The notes under the pieces were generated by a model. That model saw nothing but the letters and a program-made list of their open reading frames with translations. It had not been told where the DNA came from and searched no databases. A program made the position numbers and the translations under genes. This document shows, in pieces, positions 20,130 through 27,929 of a stretch of 42,518 nucleotides of DNA. This DNA is from a virus. Its lineage: Duplodnaviria > Caudoviricetes. Location of the stretch: the IMG/VR virus record IMGVR_UViG_3300022178_000008, positions 1-42,518 of that record. One strand, given 5' to 3'. Numbering within the stretch: the stretch's first letter is position 1; every line of letters begins with the position of its first letter.

Positions 20130-20381
20130 ATGTGTATAGGTGGCGGCGGTGGACAAAGCTCCTCCAATTCAGCGCCTGTATCTGGTGGATACGCTGAGGT
20201 TAATAGTACCGACGCGAAAGGTGGCAAAAAGTATAAGTTATACGATAATGCCGCTAATGATATCTCTGCCAAGTACAAGGTTGATGACAAGAAAAAACTA
20301 GTTAACAAAAGTACTGGTACTGTTAAGGGTGCGGCTCAAGGAAATGAGCCAGCGGCTAATTATCTTTATACGGGAAATTAA
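20130..20381 (+). CDS. Small MCxGGGG-start protein (gp6.7/7.3-like character, displaced position)
   Basis: AAGGA RBS; MCIGGGGG start; Lys-rich. Confidence 0.65.
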   Translation: MCIGGGGGQSSSNSAPVSGGYAEVNSTDAKGGKKYKLYDNAANDISAKYKVDDKKKLVNKSTGTVKGAAQGNEPAANYLYTGN

Positions 20382-20786
20382 ATGACACCAGACCTACTTA
20401 AAGGTCTCACAGGTGGCATTATGGAGGGGCTAGATGCCCTGTTCACCTCTGATGAGGAGCGTGAAAAGGTTAAGCTAGAGGTGATGAAAACACTTCAGCA
20501 ACCACACATCTTACAAGCGATGACAAATATCGAGGAAGCCAAGCATAAGTCCGTTTTTGTGGCTGGTTGGAGACCTGCTGTAGGTTGGGTGGCTGTGACT
20601 GGTTTAGCCTACCATTTTCTTGTCTTCCCTTTTGCAGGGTTGATTACAAGGTTTATTGATCCCTCCATTACCCTTCCTGAGATTGGTAATGCAGGTGAAT
20701 TAATGACCCTTGTACTCTCTCTGTTGGGCTTAGGTGCGATGCGCACATATGAAAAGCGACAAGGAGTGTCCCGTGAGAAACTATAA
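20382..20786 (+). CDS. Holin of the 3TM (GTA-holin) family
   Basis: FVAGWRPAVGWV motif and LLGLGAMRTYEK..GV C-terminus. Confidence 0.85.
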   Translation: MTPDLLKGLTGGIMEGLDALFTSDEEREKVKLEVMKTLQQPHILQAMTNIEEAKHKSVFVAGWRPAVGWVAVTGLAYHFLVFPFAGLITRFIDPSITLPEIGNAGELMTLVLSLLGLGAMRTYEKRQGVSREKL

Positions 20787-20994
20787 ACTGGAATACGCAA
20801 ATTATCATAGTAAGCCTGAGCAGAAGAAGCGCCGCGCTGGGCGCAATCAAGCAAGGTCTATTATGATCGCTAAGGGACTAGCTAAGAAGGGCGATGGCAA
20901 AGATGTAGATCATCGTGACCGCAACGCTCAGAACAACAGTCCCTCCAACTTACGTATTCAATCGAAATCCATAAATCGAGGTAGAAACGCATGA
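20773..20994 (+). CDS. Small HNH endonuclease (packaging-associated)
   Basis: GTG start after AAGGAG; RNYK.EY...KKRRA.RN.AR, KGDGKDVDH...N...NLR...S.NRGRN. Confidence 0.8.
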   Translation: MRNYKLEYANYHSKPEQKKRRAGRNQARSIMIAKGLAKKGDGKDVDHRDRNAQNNSPSNLRIQSKSINRGRNA

Positions 20995-21209
20995 CCGCTT
21001 CTAAAGACATTATGGAGATGCTCCACACTTCCGTAGCTCAAAAGCTACTGGAGCGCATCCAAAGTGGTGAAGCCACTTCGGGTGAGTTTAGTGCCGCCAT
21101 TAAGTTCTTAAAGGACAATGGCATTGAGGCACTACCTGTTGATGGTTCAGCCTTATTCAACTTGGTGGATGGTCTCCCCTTTGATACCGACAGCTTACAG
21201 GTCAACTGA
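20991..21209 (+). CDS. Terminase small subunit, gp18-like
   Basis: LH..VA..LL.RI.SGEAT..E.SAAIKFLKDNGI; upstream of TerL. Confidence 0.88.
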   Translation: MTASKDIMEMLHTSVAQKLLERIQSGEATSGEFSAAIKFLKDNGIEALPVDGSALFNLVDGLPFDTDSLQVN

Positions 21210-21331
21210 TCTTCGTGTGCTGTGCGGGCTAAAGCGCGATTATTTGGGTGGGGGTATACCTACCCCTTACCCATCTTATTTAAATCGAGCCTAGCCGCTC
21301 TAAGACACGTAGATAGACCTTTTGGAGGTAC

Positions 21332-23035
21332 ATGAGACCCATAGTTCCTGAGAAGTTGAAAGACTTCCGTAATTTTTTATTCGTGGTGTGGAAGCACCTA
21401 AACCTTCCAGACCCTACACCTGTTCAATATGACATTGCCGACTACTTACAAAACTCTCCACGCCGATGCGTCATTGAGGCGTTTCGTGGTGTTGGGAAGT
21501 CTTATGTCACATCTGCTTATGTTGTGTGGCGACTACTTCTTGATCCTGAAACAAAAGTCCTTGTGGTCTCGGCTTCAAAGACACGTTCTGATGATTTCAG
21601 TACTTTTACCCAAAGGCTGATCCATGAGATACCAATCCTAAGTCACCTTGTTCCTAAAGAAGGACAGCGAAACTCAAAGATCGCATTTGATGTTGCTCCT
21701 GCAAAAGCCTCCCACTCACCCTCGGTGAAGTCGGTTGGTATCACAGGTCAACTCGCTGGGTCGCGAGCCGACCTGATTGTTGCAGATGACATTGAGGTTC
21801 CTAACAACTCCGCCACACAAACCATGAGGGAAAAGCTGGCAGAGAGCATTAAGGAATTTGATGCTGTGTTGAAACCTGCGGGCAAGATTGTTTACCTCGG
21901 TACACCACAGACTGAAATGTCAATCTATGAGTTACTCCCTGAGCGTGGCTATGAGGTTCGCATTTGGTCTGCACGGTTCCCTAAGGAGAACCAGATTGAT
22001 CGTATGTCTGGGCGCTTGGCACCCATGCTACAAGATAAGCTCGATAGAGATGCTAACCTCGCTGGGGCACCTACAGACCCTAAACGGTTTGGTGATGCTG
22101 ATCTGATCGAACGTGAGCTGTCCTATGGACGCTCTGGCTTCGCGTTACAGTTCATGCTGGATACCAGCCTGTCTGACCAAGATCGTTACCCATTGAAGTT
22201 GTCTGATCTGATCGTCTTCCCTACCAATAGTGACAAAGCCCCTGAGGATGTTATGTGGGGTAGGTTACCTCAGAACGAGCTTAAGGACGTTCCTAACGTC
22301 GGCTTGAACGGAGACAAGTACTACACACCACAGTCTGTGGTAGGAGACTGGTTACCGTATCAAGGCTCTGTGATGTCCATCGACCCCTCAGGTAGGGGTA
22401 AGGATGAGACCTCATACGCTGTGGTAAAGATGCTCCACGGCAAACTGTACGTCACCAAGGCTGGTGGAATCCAAGGGGGATACTCCCCTGAGACACTACA
22501 AGCTCTGGCGACCATAGCTAAGAAGCAGAATGTAAACATGATCCTAATCGAGTCTAACTTCGGTGACGGTATGTTTAGGGAACTCCTAACTCCTTACATG
22601 GTGAAGACCCACCCTGTGACGATGGAGGAAGTGCGACACAACACCCAAAAGGAAAAGCGTATTATCGATACCTTAGAACCTGTGATGAACCAGCACAGAC
22701 TAATCGTCGATCCCACGGTCATCGAGGATGACTACAAGTCTGCTCAGGTCTACCCTGCGGATAAGGCTACCCGCTATATGCTGTTCTACCAAATGACCCG
22801 CCTCACCAGAGATCGTGGCGCATTGTCCCATGATGACCGCCTAGACGCTCTGTCAATGGCTGTAGCATACTGGGTACAGCAAATGGCGGCTGACTCTGAG
22901 AAACAGATCCTAGACCGTAAGGGAGAGCTTCTTAATGCTGAGCTAGATAAGTTTATGGAGAACTGCTTCCATGTTAAGCATGGAGGTTATCAGCAACAGG
23001 ATACATGGCTCTCTAGTACTATGAGACACCTATAG
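21332..23035 (+). CDS. Terminase large subunit, gp19-like
   Basis: AFRGVGKS (Walker A), GSRADLIVADDIE, IDPSGRGKDE, HDDRLDAL. Confidence 0.97.
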   Translation: MRPIVPEKLKDFRNFLFVVWKHLNLPDPTPVQYDIADYLQNSPRRCVIEAFRGVGKSYVTSAYVVWRLLLDPETKVLVVSASKTRSDDFSTFTQRLIHEIPILSHLVPKEGQRNSKIAFDVAPAKASHSPSVKSVGITGQLAGSRADLIVADDIEVPNNSATQTMREKLAESIKEFDAVLKPAGKIVYLGTPQTEMSIYELLPERGYEVRIWSARFPKENQIDRMSGRLAPMLQDKLDRDANLAGAPTDPKRFGDADLIERELSYGRSGFALQFMLDTSLSDQDRYPLKLSDLIVFPTNSDKAPEDVMWGRLPQNELKDVPNVGLNGDKYYTPQSVVGDWLPYQGSVMSIDPSGRGKDETSYAVVKMLHGKLYVTKAGGIQGGYSPETLQALATIAKKQNVNMILIESNFGDGMFRELLTPYMVKTHPVTMEEVRHNTQKEKRIIDTLEPVMNQHRLIVDPTVIEDDYKSAQVYPADKATRYMLFYQMTRLTRDRGALSHDDRLDALSMAVAYWVQQMAADSEKQILDRKGELLNAELDKFMENCFHVKHGGYQQQDTWLSSTMRHL

Positions 23036-23232
23036 GTTACTGTAGATGATCCTCCTTATGTATATCTATAGGATATAAGGATAAGGATCATCTATAGTCT
23101 ACCTATAGTATACTATAGTATAGGGTAGCACAGATCTGCTTGTTTGTCTATTAGGGTTCCGTTGTATTTTGGAGTCACTTGAGTGGGGGCTTGAGATGCT
23201 TGAGATTCTTGAGGTGTCTAGGGTGTCTAGTG
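23030..23232. repeat. Short-repeat array near the probable right genome end
   Basis: Multiple CTATAG copies (23030-23125) and CTTGAG / GGTGTCTAG copies (23178-23232) in non-coding DNA after TerL. Confidence 0.65.
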
Positions 23233-23530
23233 AATTTTGTAGAAAAATCTGAAGTGGCTTTTTGCGATGGCGACGTGGAGAAACCCCCCTCAACGGGGTA
23301 ATTGACAGCCGAGTAGACACTATCATACCAGCACCAATGCCATCTGCACACACACCCAGCCACCACCAATGCCACCAGCCTACGTAACCTGTTGATTTAT
23401 ATGGTAACAAAAGACATATGATATCTGATTGCTGTAGTATGCGCAGGATACTGAGGTGTACTACCAGATACGAACAACCAACTCATACTCAATCGTGTCT
23501 CTGTCTCTTCTCATCTATTTTTTTCATAAC

Positions 23531-23656
23531 ACACCTCAGGACACCTCAGGCTACCTAGCACACCTCAGGACACCTCAGGCTCCTATGGACACGTCACACC
23601 TCAGTCATCCTATCGATGAGCTTCGGACACGCCTCAGTCACCTATGGTGAGCTTCG
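23531..23656. repeat. ACACCTCAG repeat array near the probable left genome end
   Basis: ACACCTCAG at 23531, 23541, 23560, 23570, 23596, plus a duplicated CCTCAGTCA..CTAT..TGAGCTTCG unit. Confidence 0.8.
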
Positions 23657-23920
23657 AACCTTGGCGGGCGCAAGTTGACTGCGCCATTTTAAATCTCCTT
23701 CTGCGTCCTACGTCGCCACCTCGAGACTCCACTATCACTTCTGCAAAAGCTCCACGCCAGAACCTTCGTACCTCAGAACCTGTCATGTATCTTTCGGTAA
23801 CCACTATCACTTCTCACGGCGACTACGGACGCGCTTAAGTTGGCTGAGTAAATTTACCCTCACACTTTGTGAGAGGGATAAATTCCCTCCGCTTATCAAC
23901 TTAAGACAAGGAGATTTAAA

Positions 23921-24205
23921 ATGACACACTCAACTATAAATTCTGAGGCTTTTACTGAAGCATTTGCTAACACAAATGATTTTGTTCGTAACAAACTTAC
24001 GGAGTCTATGACACAGAACGTAGAGTTCTGGGGCAACAAAGCCGCTGACTATGCGCACAAGCTATCAGATCAGTACGAAGCCGCCATCGAAAACGATGCC
24101 TCTGAAGAGCGCCTGCAAGGACTACAACTTAAAATAAACGAAGCAGAAGCCGCAGTAACTAACCTGCGTACGCTGTGGAAAGCGTTGCAAACACCTAAGG
24201 CGTAA
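23921..24205 (+). CDS. Early hypothetical protein (coiled coil), first early gene
   Basis: Strong AAGGAG RBS, 94 aa. Confidence 0.8.
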   Translation: MTHSTINSEAFTEAFANTNDFVRNKLTESMTQNVEFWGNKAADYAHKLSDQYEAAIENDASEERLQGLQLKINEAEAAVTNLRTLWKALQTPKA

Positions 24206-24237
24206 GCCTTTTACTATCATTACTTCAAGGAACTACC

Positions 24238-24438
24238 ATGCACGTACATACATCCTTTCTCTTCAAAGCCTATGTAGCACTCAAACTAATAGGCTTCAGC
24301 ATCCTACTGTTGTGGAACTTCTACAACATCGTAGTAGGCATGAATCCCATGATTAATATGCTCCATATCGTCAGTATGTTCTGCTCGATGTTGGTTATCG
24401 GCGGCACAATCGCCCTAGACATCCTTGGACTCGAATAA
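24238..24438 (+). CDS. Early small membrane protein (2 TM)
   Basis: AAGGA RBS; two hydrophobic segments. Confidence 0.65.
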   Translation: MHVHTSFLFKAYVALKLIGFSILLLWNFYNIVVGMNPMINMLHIVSMFCSMLVIGGTIALDILGLE

Positions 24439-24506
24439 GGTGTGTGGATGTGCCGGCACCTCAAGACAAGTTCTTACTATCATTAAGTTTCAAGAAAGCT
24501 AACACC

Positions 24507-24743
24507 ATGACCTACGTATCAAAATTAAATGACTTCATTAATCTAATAACTGACTGGGACATCACACACCAGTACTCAGACGATATGCGCACCTATAAAG
24601 CAGGACTAGCACATTACACAAAGATGCTTGGCATCTACAATTCCCTCAACCCACTAGATAAGGACACAGCCAAACTAATTGCAAATATGCACATCGAAAT
24701 GAATATCGTGCCTGAACAACAAGCACAGTATTTCTGGAAATAA
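24507..24743 (+). CDS. Early hypothetical protein
   Basis: Start moved to the ATG at 24507; contains DWDITHQYSDD.R.YK.G, resembling a motif I recall from small phage proteins. Confidence 0.7.
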   Translation: MTYVSKLNDFINLITDWDITHQYSDDMRTYKAGLAHYTKMLGIYNSLNPLDKDTAKLIANMHIEMNIVPEQQAQYFWK

Positions 24744-24782
24744 GTTCATCAATTTTTTTTGTATTTTTAAAAGGTAACTATC

Positions 24783-25088
24783 ATGCGTTCAATCAAACTC
24801 AACTACACACACTTCGCTATCCCAAACTCATGGGATGACAAAAAGATTGACACTTTTGTAGCGCTATGTGCGCAACTTAAATCTGTCAACGAAGCATACC
24901 CAGACATCGATAAAGTTGACGGTATCGAAACATACGATTGCAAAACATTATATGCAGAAACACCAGTAGAACTTAAACTTTATACAAGTGAAGACCCTAT
25001 TCAATGCAGGTGCAAAACAACAGCAGTCATGGAATCAAACTACCAATACAACCTCAAAATTGCCACGGCAGAACCAATCAAGGACTAA
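24783..25088 (+). CDS. Early hypothetical protein
   Basis: AAGGT RBS, 101 aa. Confidence 0.75.
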   Translation: MRSIKLNYTHFAIPNSWDDKKIDTFVALCAQLKSVNEAYPDIDKVDGIETYDCKTLYAETPVELKLYTSEDPIQCRCKTTAVMESNYQYNLKIATAEPIKD

Positions 25089-25089
25089 C

Positions 25090-25281
25090 ATGGACTATCT
25101 ACCTCAAGATCTAGTCGATGAGATTGCATCATTTGAAGATGGCACCATGCACAACTCTTACATCCCAGAGTTCTTTCAAATGCTCCTAGACACAGGCGTA
25201 ATCGTACACCTGCAAGGTAACTATCATCGCATCGCCCAACAACTATTAGACGTAGGATTAATCCATGACAACAAAAACTAA
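25090..25281 (+). CDS. Early hypothetical protein
   Basis: Start moved to the ATG at 25090 after AAGGA; motif FQ.L.DTG...LQG.Y.R.A..L...G. Confidence 0.75.
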   Translation: MDYLPQDLVDEIASFEDGTMHNSYIPEFFQMLLDTGVIVHLQGNYHRIAQQLLDVGLIHDNKN

Positions 25282-25510
25282 CCACCATTTCTACATGGCT
25301 TCATTTTCTACTTGGGTCACAACAGGTAAAACATACACCTTTTGCGATGCACTGCGACTTATGAACAAAGAAGGGTATCCATACGCAATATGGTACGTAC
25401 CTCTACCGCCCGAAGCAGATTACGACATCAATTTTTATGCACCTCAAGTGCCTGATGCGCACCTTGTAGAATTTGTAAAAAAAGGCAAAACAGTAAAGGA
25501 GAAAGTATAA
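25265..25510 (+). CDS. Early hypothetical protein
   Basis: AGGA RBS, overlaps the previous stop; Y.INFYAPQV motif. Confidence 0.7.
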   Translation: MTTKTNHHFYMASFSTWVTTGKTYTFCDALRLMNKEGYPYAIWYVPLPPEADYDINFYAPQVPDAHLVEFVKKGKTVKEKV

Positions 25511-25716
25511 TGTTAATCTTCAACTACGACAGCAAACGTAAGCTCAAAGAATGTATCGGACAGCAATTACGCTACACCGAAACCTCAATGTTCGGTGCCG
25601 AGTATAAACCTGATGGGGTTCTTACTGGTGCCAACAGACCTCATATCACAGGGCGTGGTCGTGAGTTTTTCGCAAATGTAACGCTAAAAGATGGCGTTAT
25701 TGCTCAAGTTAAGTAA
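25510..25716 (+). CDS. Early hypothetical protein
   Basis: AAGGAG RBS, TAATG coupling; Y.SK..LKE.IG..L.Y.ETSMFG.EY...G...GANRP...REFFA.VT. Confidence 0.8.
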   Translation: MLIFNYDSKRKLKECIGQQLRYTETSMFGAEYKPDGVLTGANRPHITGRGREFFANVTLKDGVIAQVK

Positions 25717-25737
25717 TCAATTTTTAAAGGTACTATC

Positions 25738-26427
25738 ATGTCTATCCAAGATCTCCAATCCGCAGGAATTATTTCACCAGTTGATATCGGTATTGACGGT
25801 GTCCAAGCATACACCACAACACCTCCAGACTCTAAAGAAGAAAGCCAAGTGAGCTTAAAAACTTACAATGAGCGATGCGAAGAACTTAACACTTTAGCCA
25901 AATTATCAAATGAATCAGTTGCAGAAATTGAACGATTACGCAATGAAGTATCCAAACTACTACTATCAAACGACAGATGGGAAAAACACGTAGAAGAACT
26001 ATGTGATCAAAACATCAAACGTCGTAACCAACTAGCAGAATTTGTAGAATTCTTAGGCGATGACTTCATCGATGCGCTCGCTCAAAAAATAAGTGGGCAC
26101 GTAGACATTAATTACGAAGAACTAGCAGAACATCTCGATTATAGCGACTTAGGAATGTATATTGACGAAGATGCATTAGCAGAAACAATCGCACAAAATA
26201 TCAGCCCCTCAGATATCGCTGAACACGTTGATATAGATGAAGCAGATGTAGCAAATAGCTTTCGCGTCCGTGACATAGCTGAACACATTGACTACACAGA
26301 ACTAGCGGAAGCACTTAATTACGAAGAAACTATCCGCGACGAAGTACGTGAGCGCATCCGAGAAGAAGTACGTGAAAACATAAACGCCCTCGAAATTAAT
26401 AACGTCTCACTAACTATTAATTCGTAA
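25738..26427 (+). CDS. Early acidic repeat protein (coiled coil plus Asp/Glu-rich helical repeats)
   Basis: 229 aa; repeated (I/L)DY.ELAEH-like units. Confidence 0.8.
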   Translation: MSIQDLQSAGIISPVDIGIDGVQAYTTTPPDSKEESQVSLKTYNERCEELNTLAKLSNESVAEIERLRNEVSKLLLSNDRWEKHVEELCDQNIKRRNQLAEFVEFLGDDFIDALAQKISGHVDINYEELAEHLDYSDLGMYIDEDALAETIAQNISPSDIAEHVDIDEADVANSFRVRDIAEHIDYTELAEALNYEETIRDEVRERIREEVRENINALEINNVSLTINS

Positions 26428-26441
26428 CTCATTGACTATAT

Positions 26442-26471
26442 CGTTACGGTACAGTAATATGTACTGTAACG
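26442..26471 (+). other. Intergenic stem-loop (possible RNase III-type processing site)
   Basis: CGTTACGGTACA-gtaata-TGTACTGTAACG, a 12-bp stem with one G-U pair, just upstream of an RBS. Confidence 0.5.
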
Positions 26472-26487
26472 TACCTAAGGAACTATC

Positions 26488-27147
26488 ATGCAAGCATCTA
26501 TCAACATCATCCCGCATCATCTCGACAAAAAGACAGCACTTTCAATTGTCCATAGCCTAGCCAAAAGCTCCAAAATGCCATGCCACAGCTATTCAATATC
26601 AGCCAAAATATGCATTACAGGCAAAGCACTACGCAACGTGCTCAACTCAGTATGTAGTAAATGCTATGCACTCAAAGGTCGCTACAGTTTTCCAAATGTA
26701 CAAAATGCACTCAACAAACGAGCAGAAGCATTCGACAACCCGCTGTTTGAAACAGCCATGGTCTCACTCATCACCCACTTCAAAGAAGATTACTTTCGCT
26801 GGTTTGACTCAGGAGACCTGCAAAATATTGCAATGCTACATAAAATAGCAAACATCGCACAGCGTACACCAAATACATTACATTGGTTACCAACACGCGA
26901 ATACAAAATCGTAGATGACTACATCGATATCTACGGTTCGTTCCCAGAAAATCTATTAGTTAGAGTATCTTCACATTTAATAGATGAATCAGCACCTAAG
27001 CGATTCTCACACACATCAGAAGTACATAATTGTACAGCATCGCCTCATGCACACTCATGCCCAGCACCAACACAAAACAATCAATGCAATAATTGCCGTG
27101 CTTGCTGGGACACAAACGTAAAAACAATCTCATACACGGAGCATTAA
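26488..27147 (+). CDS. Gp88-like Cys-rich protein
   Basis: SKMPC.SYS....C..G, VCSKCYALKG.Y, YFRWFDSGD, HWLPTRE, CPA...C..CRACW. Confidence 0.75.
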   Translation: MQASINIIPHHLDKKTALSIVHSLAKSSKMPCHSYSISAKICITGKALRNVLNSVCSKCYALKGRYSFPNVQNALNKRAEAFDNPLFETAMVSLITHFKEDYFRWFDSGDLQNIAMLHKIANIAQRTPNTLHWLPTREYKIVDDYIDIYGSFPENLLVRVSSHLIDESAPKRFSHTSEVHNCTASPHAHSCPAPTQNNQCNNCRACWDTNVKTISYTEH

Positions 27148-27253
27148 CATTGCCAGAGAAAATTATAAATTACGTAACAATAGCATATTTCACATGGGTG
27201 TTTCTGTACCTAATCGTAAGTATCCTGCTAAATAAACGCAACAAGTAACCAAC

Positions 27254-27281
27254 AGACCTTGCTTCGGCAGGGTCTTTTTTT
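27254..27281 (+). terminator. Early-region intrinsic terminator
   Basis: AGACCTTGC-TTCG-GCAGGGTCT plus a T-run; UUCG tetraloop. Confidence 0.9.
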
Positions 27282-27436
27282 GTTGTAGTTACGATGTGCT
27301 CAAAAGCCCGCCCTACTATCATAGAGTTCCGAGGAACTTTAAGATTCATACCACTGAGTCATTTTTACGCTTGAATCATAAATCCGTATGCGTAATAAAC
27401 TCCCTTCCAAGCAATCCCCACAAAAGGAGTATTTTA

Positions 27437-27568
27437 ATGTTTTTTCGCACTTCAAAATATGAGGTGTATATCACCATTGACGTAATTACTACGATATGGT
27501 ACACAGTAGACATAAATGATTTACACATACGAGTTTTGAACATTTATATAATCGTAAGCAAAATGTAA
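27437..27568 (+). CDS. Small hypothetical protein (43 aa) preceding the regulator
   Basis: AAGGAG 7 nt upstream of the ATG at 27437; 3' part of the track ORF 27296..27568. Confidence 0.45.
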   Translation: MFFRTSKYEVYITIDVITTIWYTVDINDLHIRVLNIYIIVSKM

Positions 27569-27587
27569 AAAAGAAGAAGGAGGTAAA

Positions 27588-27929
27588 ATGTCCATCCAAA
27601 AGGTCGCAAGGGTTCTGGAGGAATTTCGGAAATTAGACCCTGAAATGCCCATGCAAACCGCGTTGTCGTTAGTTAGCGTATATATGTATCAAAATAATGC
27701 CAACGGACTAAGTATAAAAGAGTTAAGTCAAATGCTTGGTGTATCAACAGCGGCGGCTTCTAGAAATATTTCTAAGCTATCAAAAACGGGCGCAAAAAAC
27801 CAACAGAATGGATTAAATTTAGTGGAAACAACCGAAGATCCCAACTACAGGGTCAGAAAATGTGTTAGAATCACGCCAAATGGCGCACGGATCATTAAAG
27901 CACTAGAGGATATAACCAATGACAATTAA
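27588..27929 (+). CDS. MarR-like winged-helix transcriptional regulator (putative repressor)
   Basis: AAGGAGGT RBS; HTH SIKELSQMLGVSTAAASRNISKL and wing GLNLV...EDP...R.K.VRIT..G; overlaps the integrase start. Confidence 0.85.
   Translation: MSIQKVARVLEEFRKLDPEMPMQTALSLVSVYMYQNNANGLSIKELSQMLGVSTAAASRNISKLSKTGAKNQQNGLNLVETTEDPNYRVRKCVRITPNGARIIKALEDITNDN

Noticed and set aside
23302-23326. Sigma70 promoter TTGACA...TATCAT
   Set aside because: The spacer is 13 bp, too short for a canonical promoter
23531-23656. CRISPR-like array
   Set aside because: Repeats are only 9-10 bp with no unique spacers of regular length, and there are no cas genes
23099-23838. ORFs in the post-terminase region
   Set aside because: Translations of short-repeat non-coding DNA
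27296-27436. 5' extension of the 90-aa ORF
   Set aside because: Overlaps the post-terminator regulatory region; the only good RBS precedes the ATG at 27437
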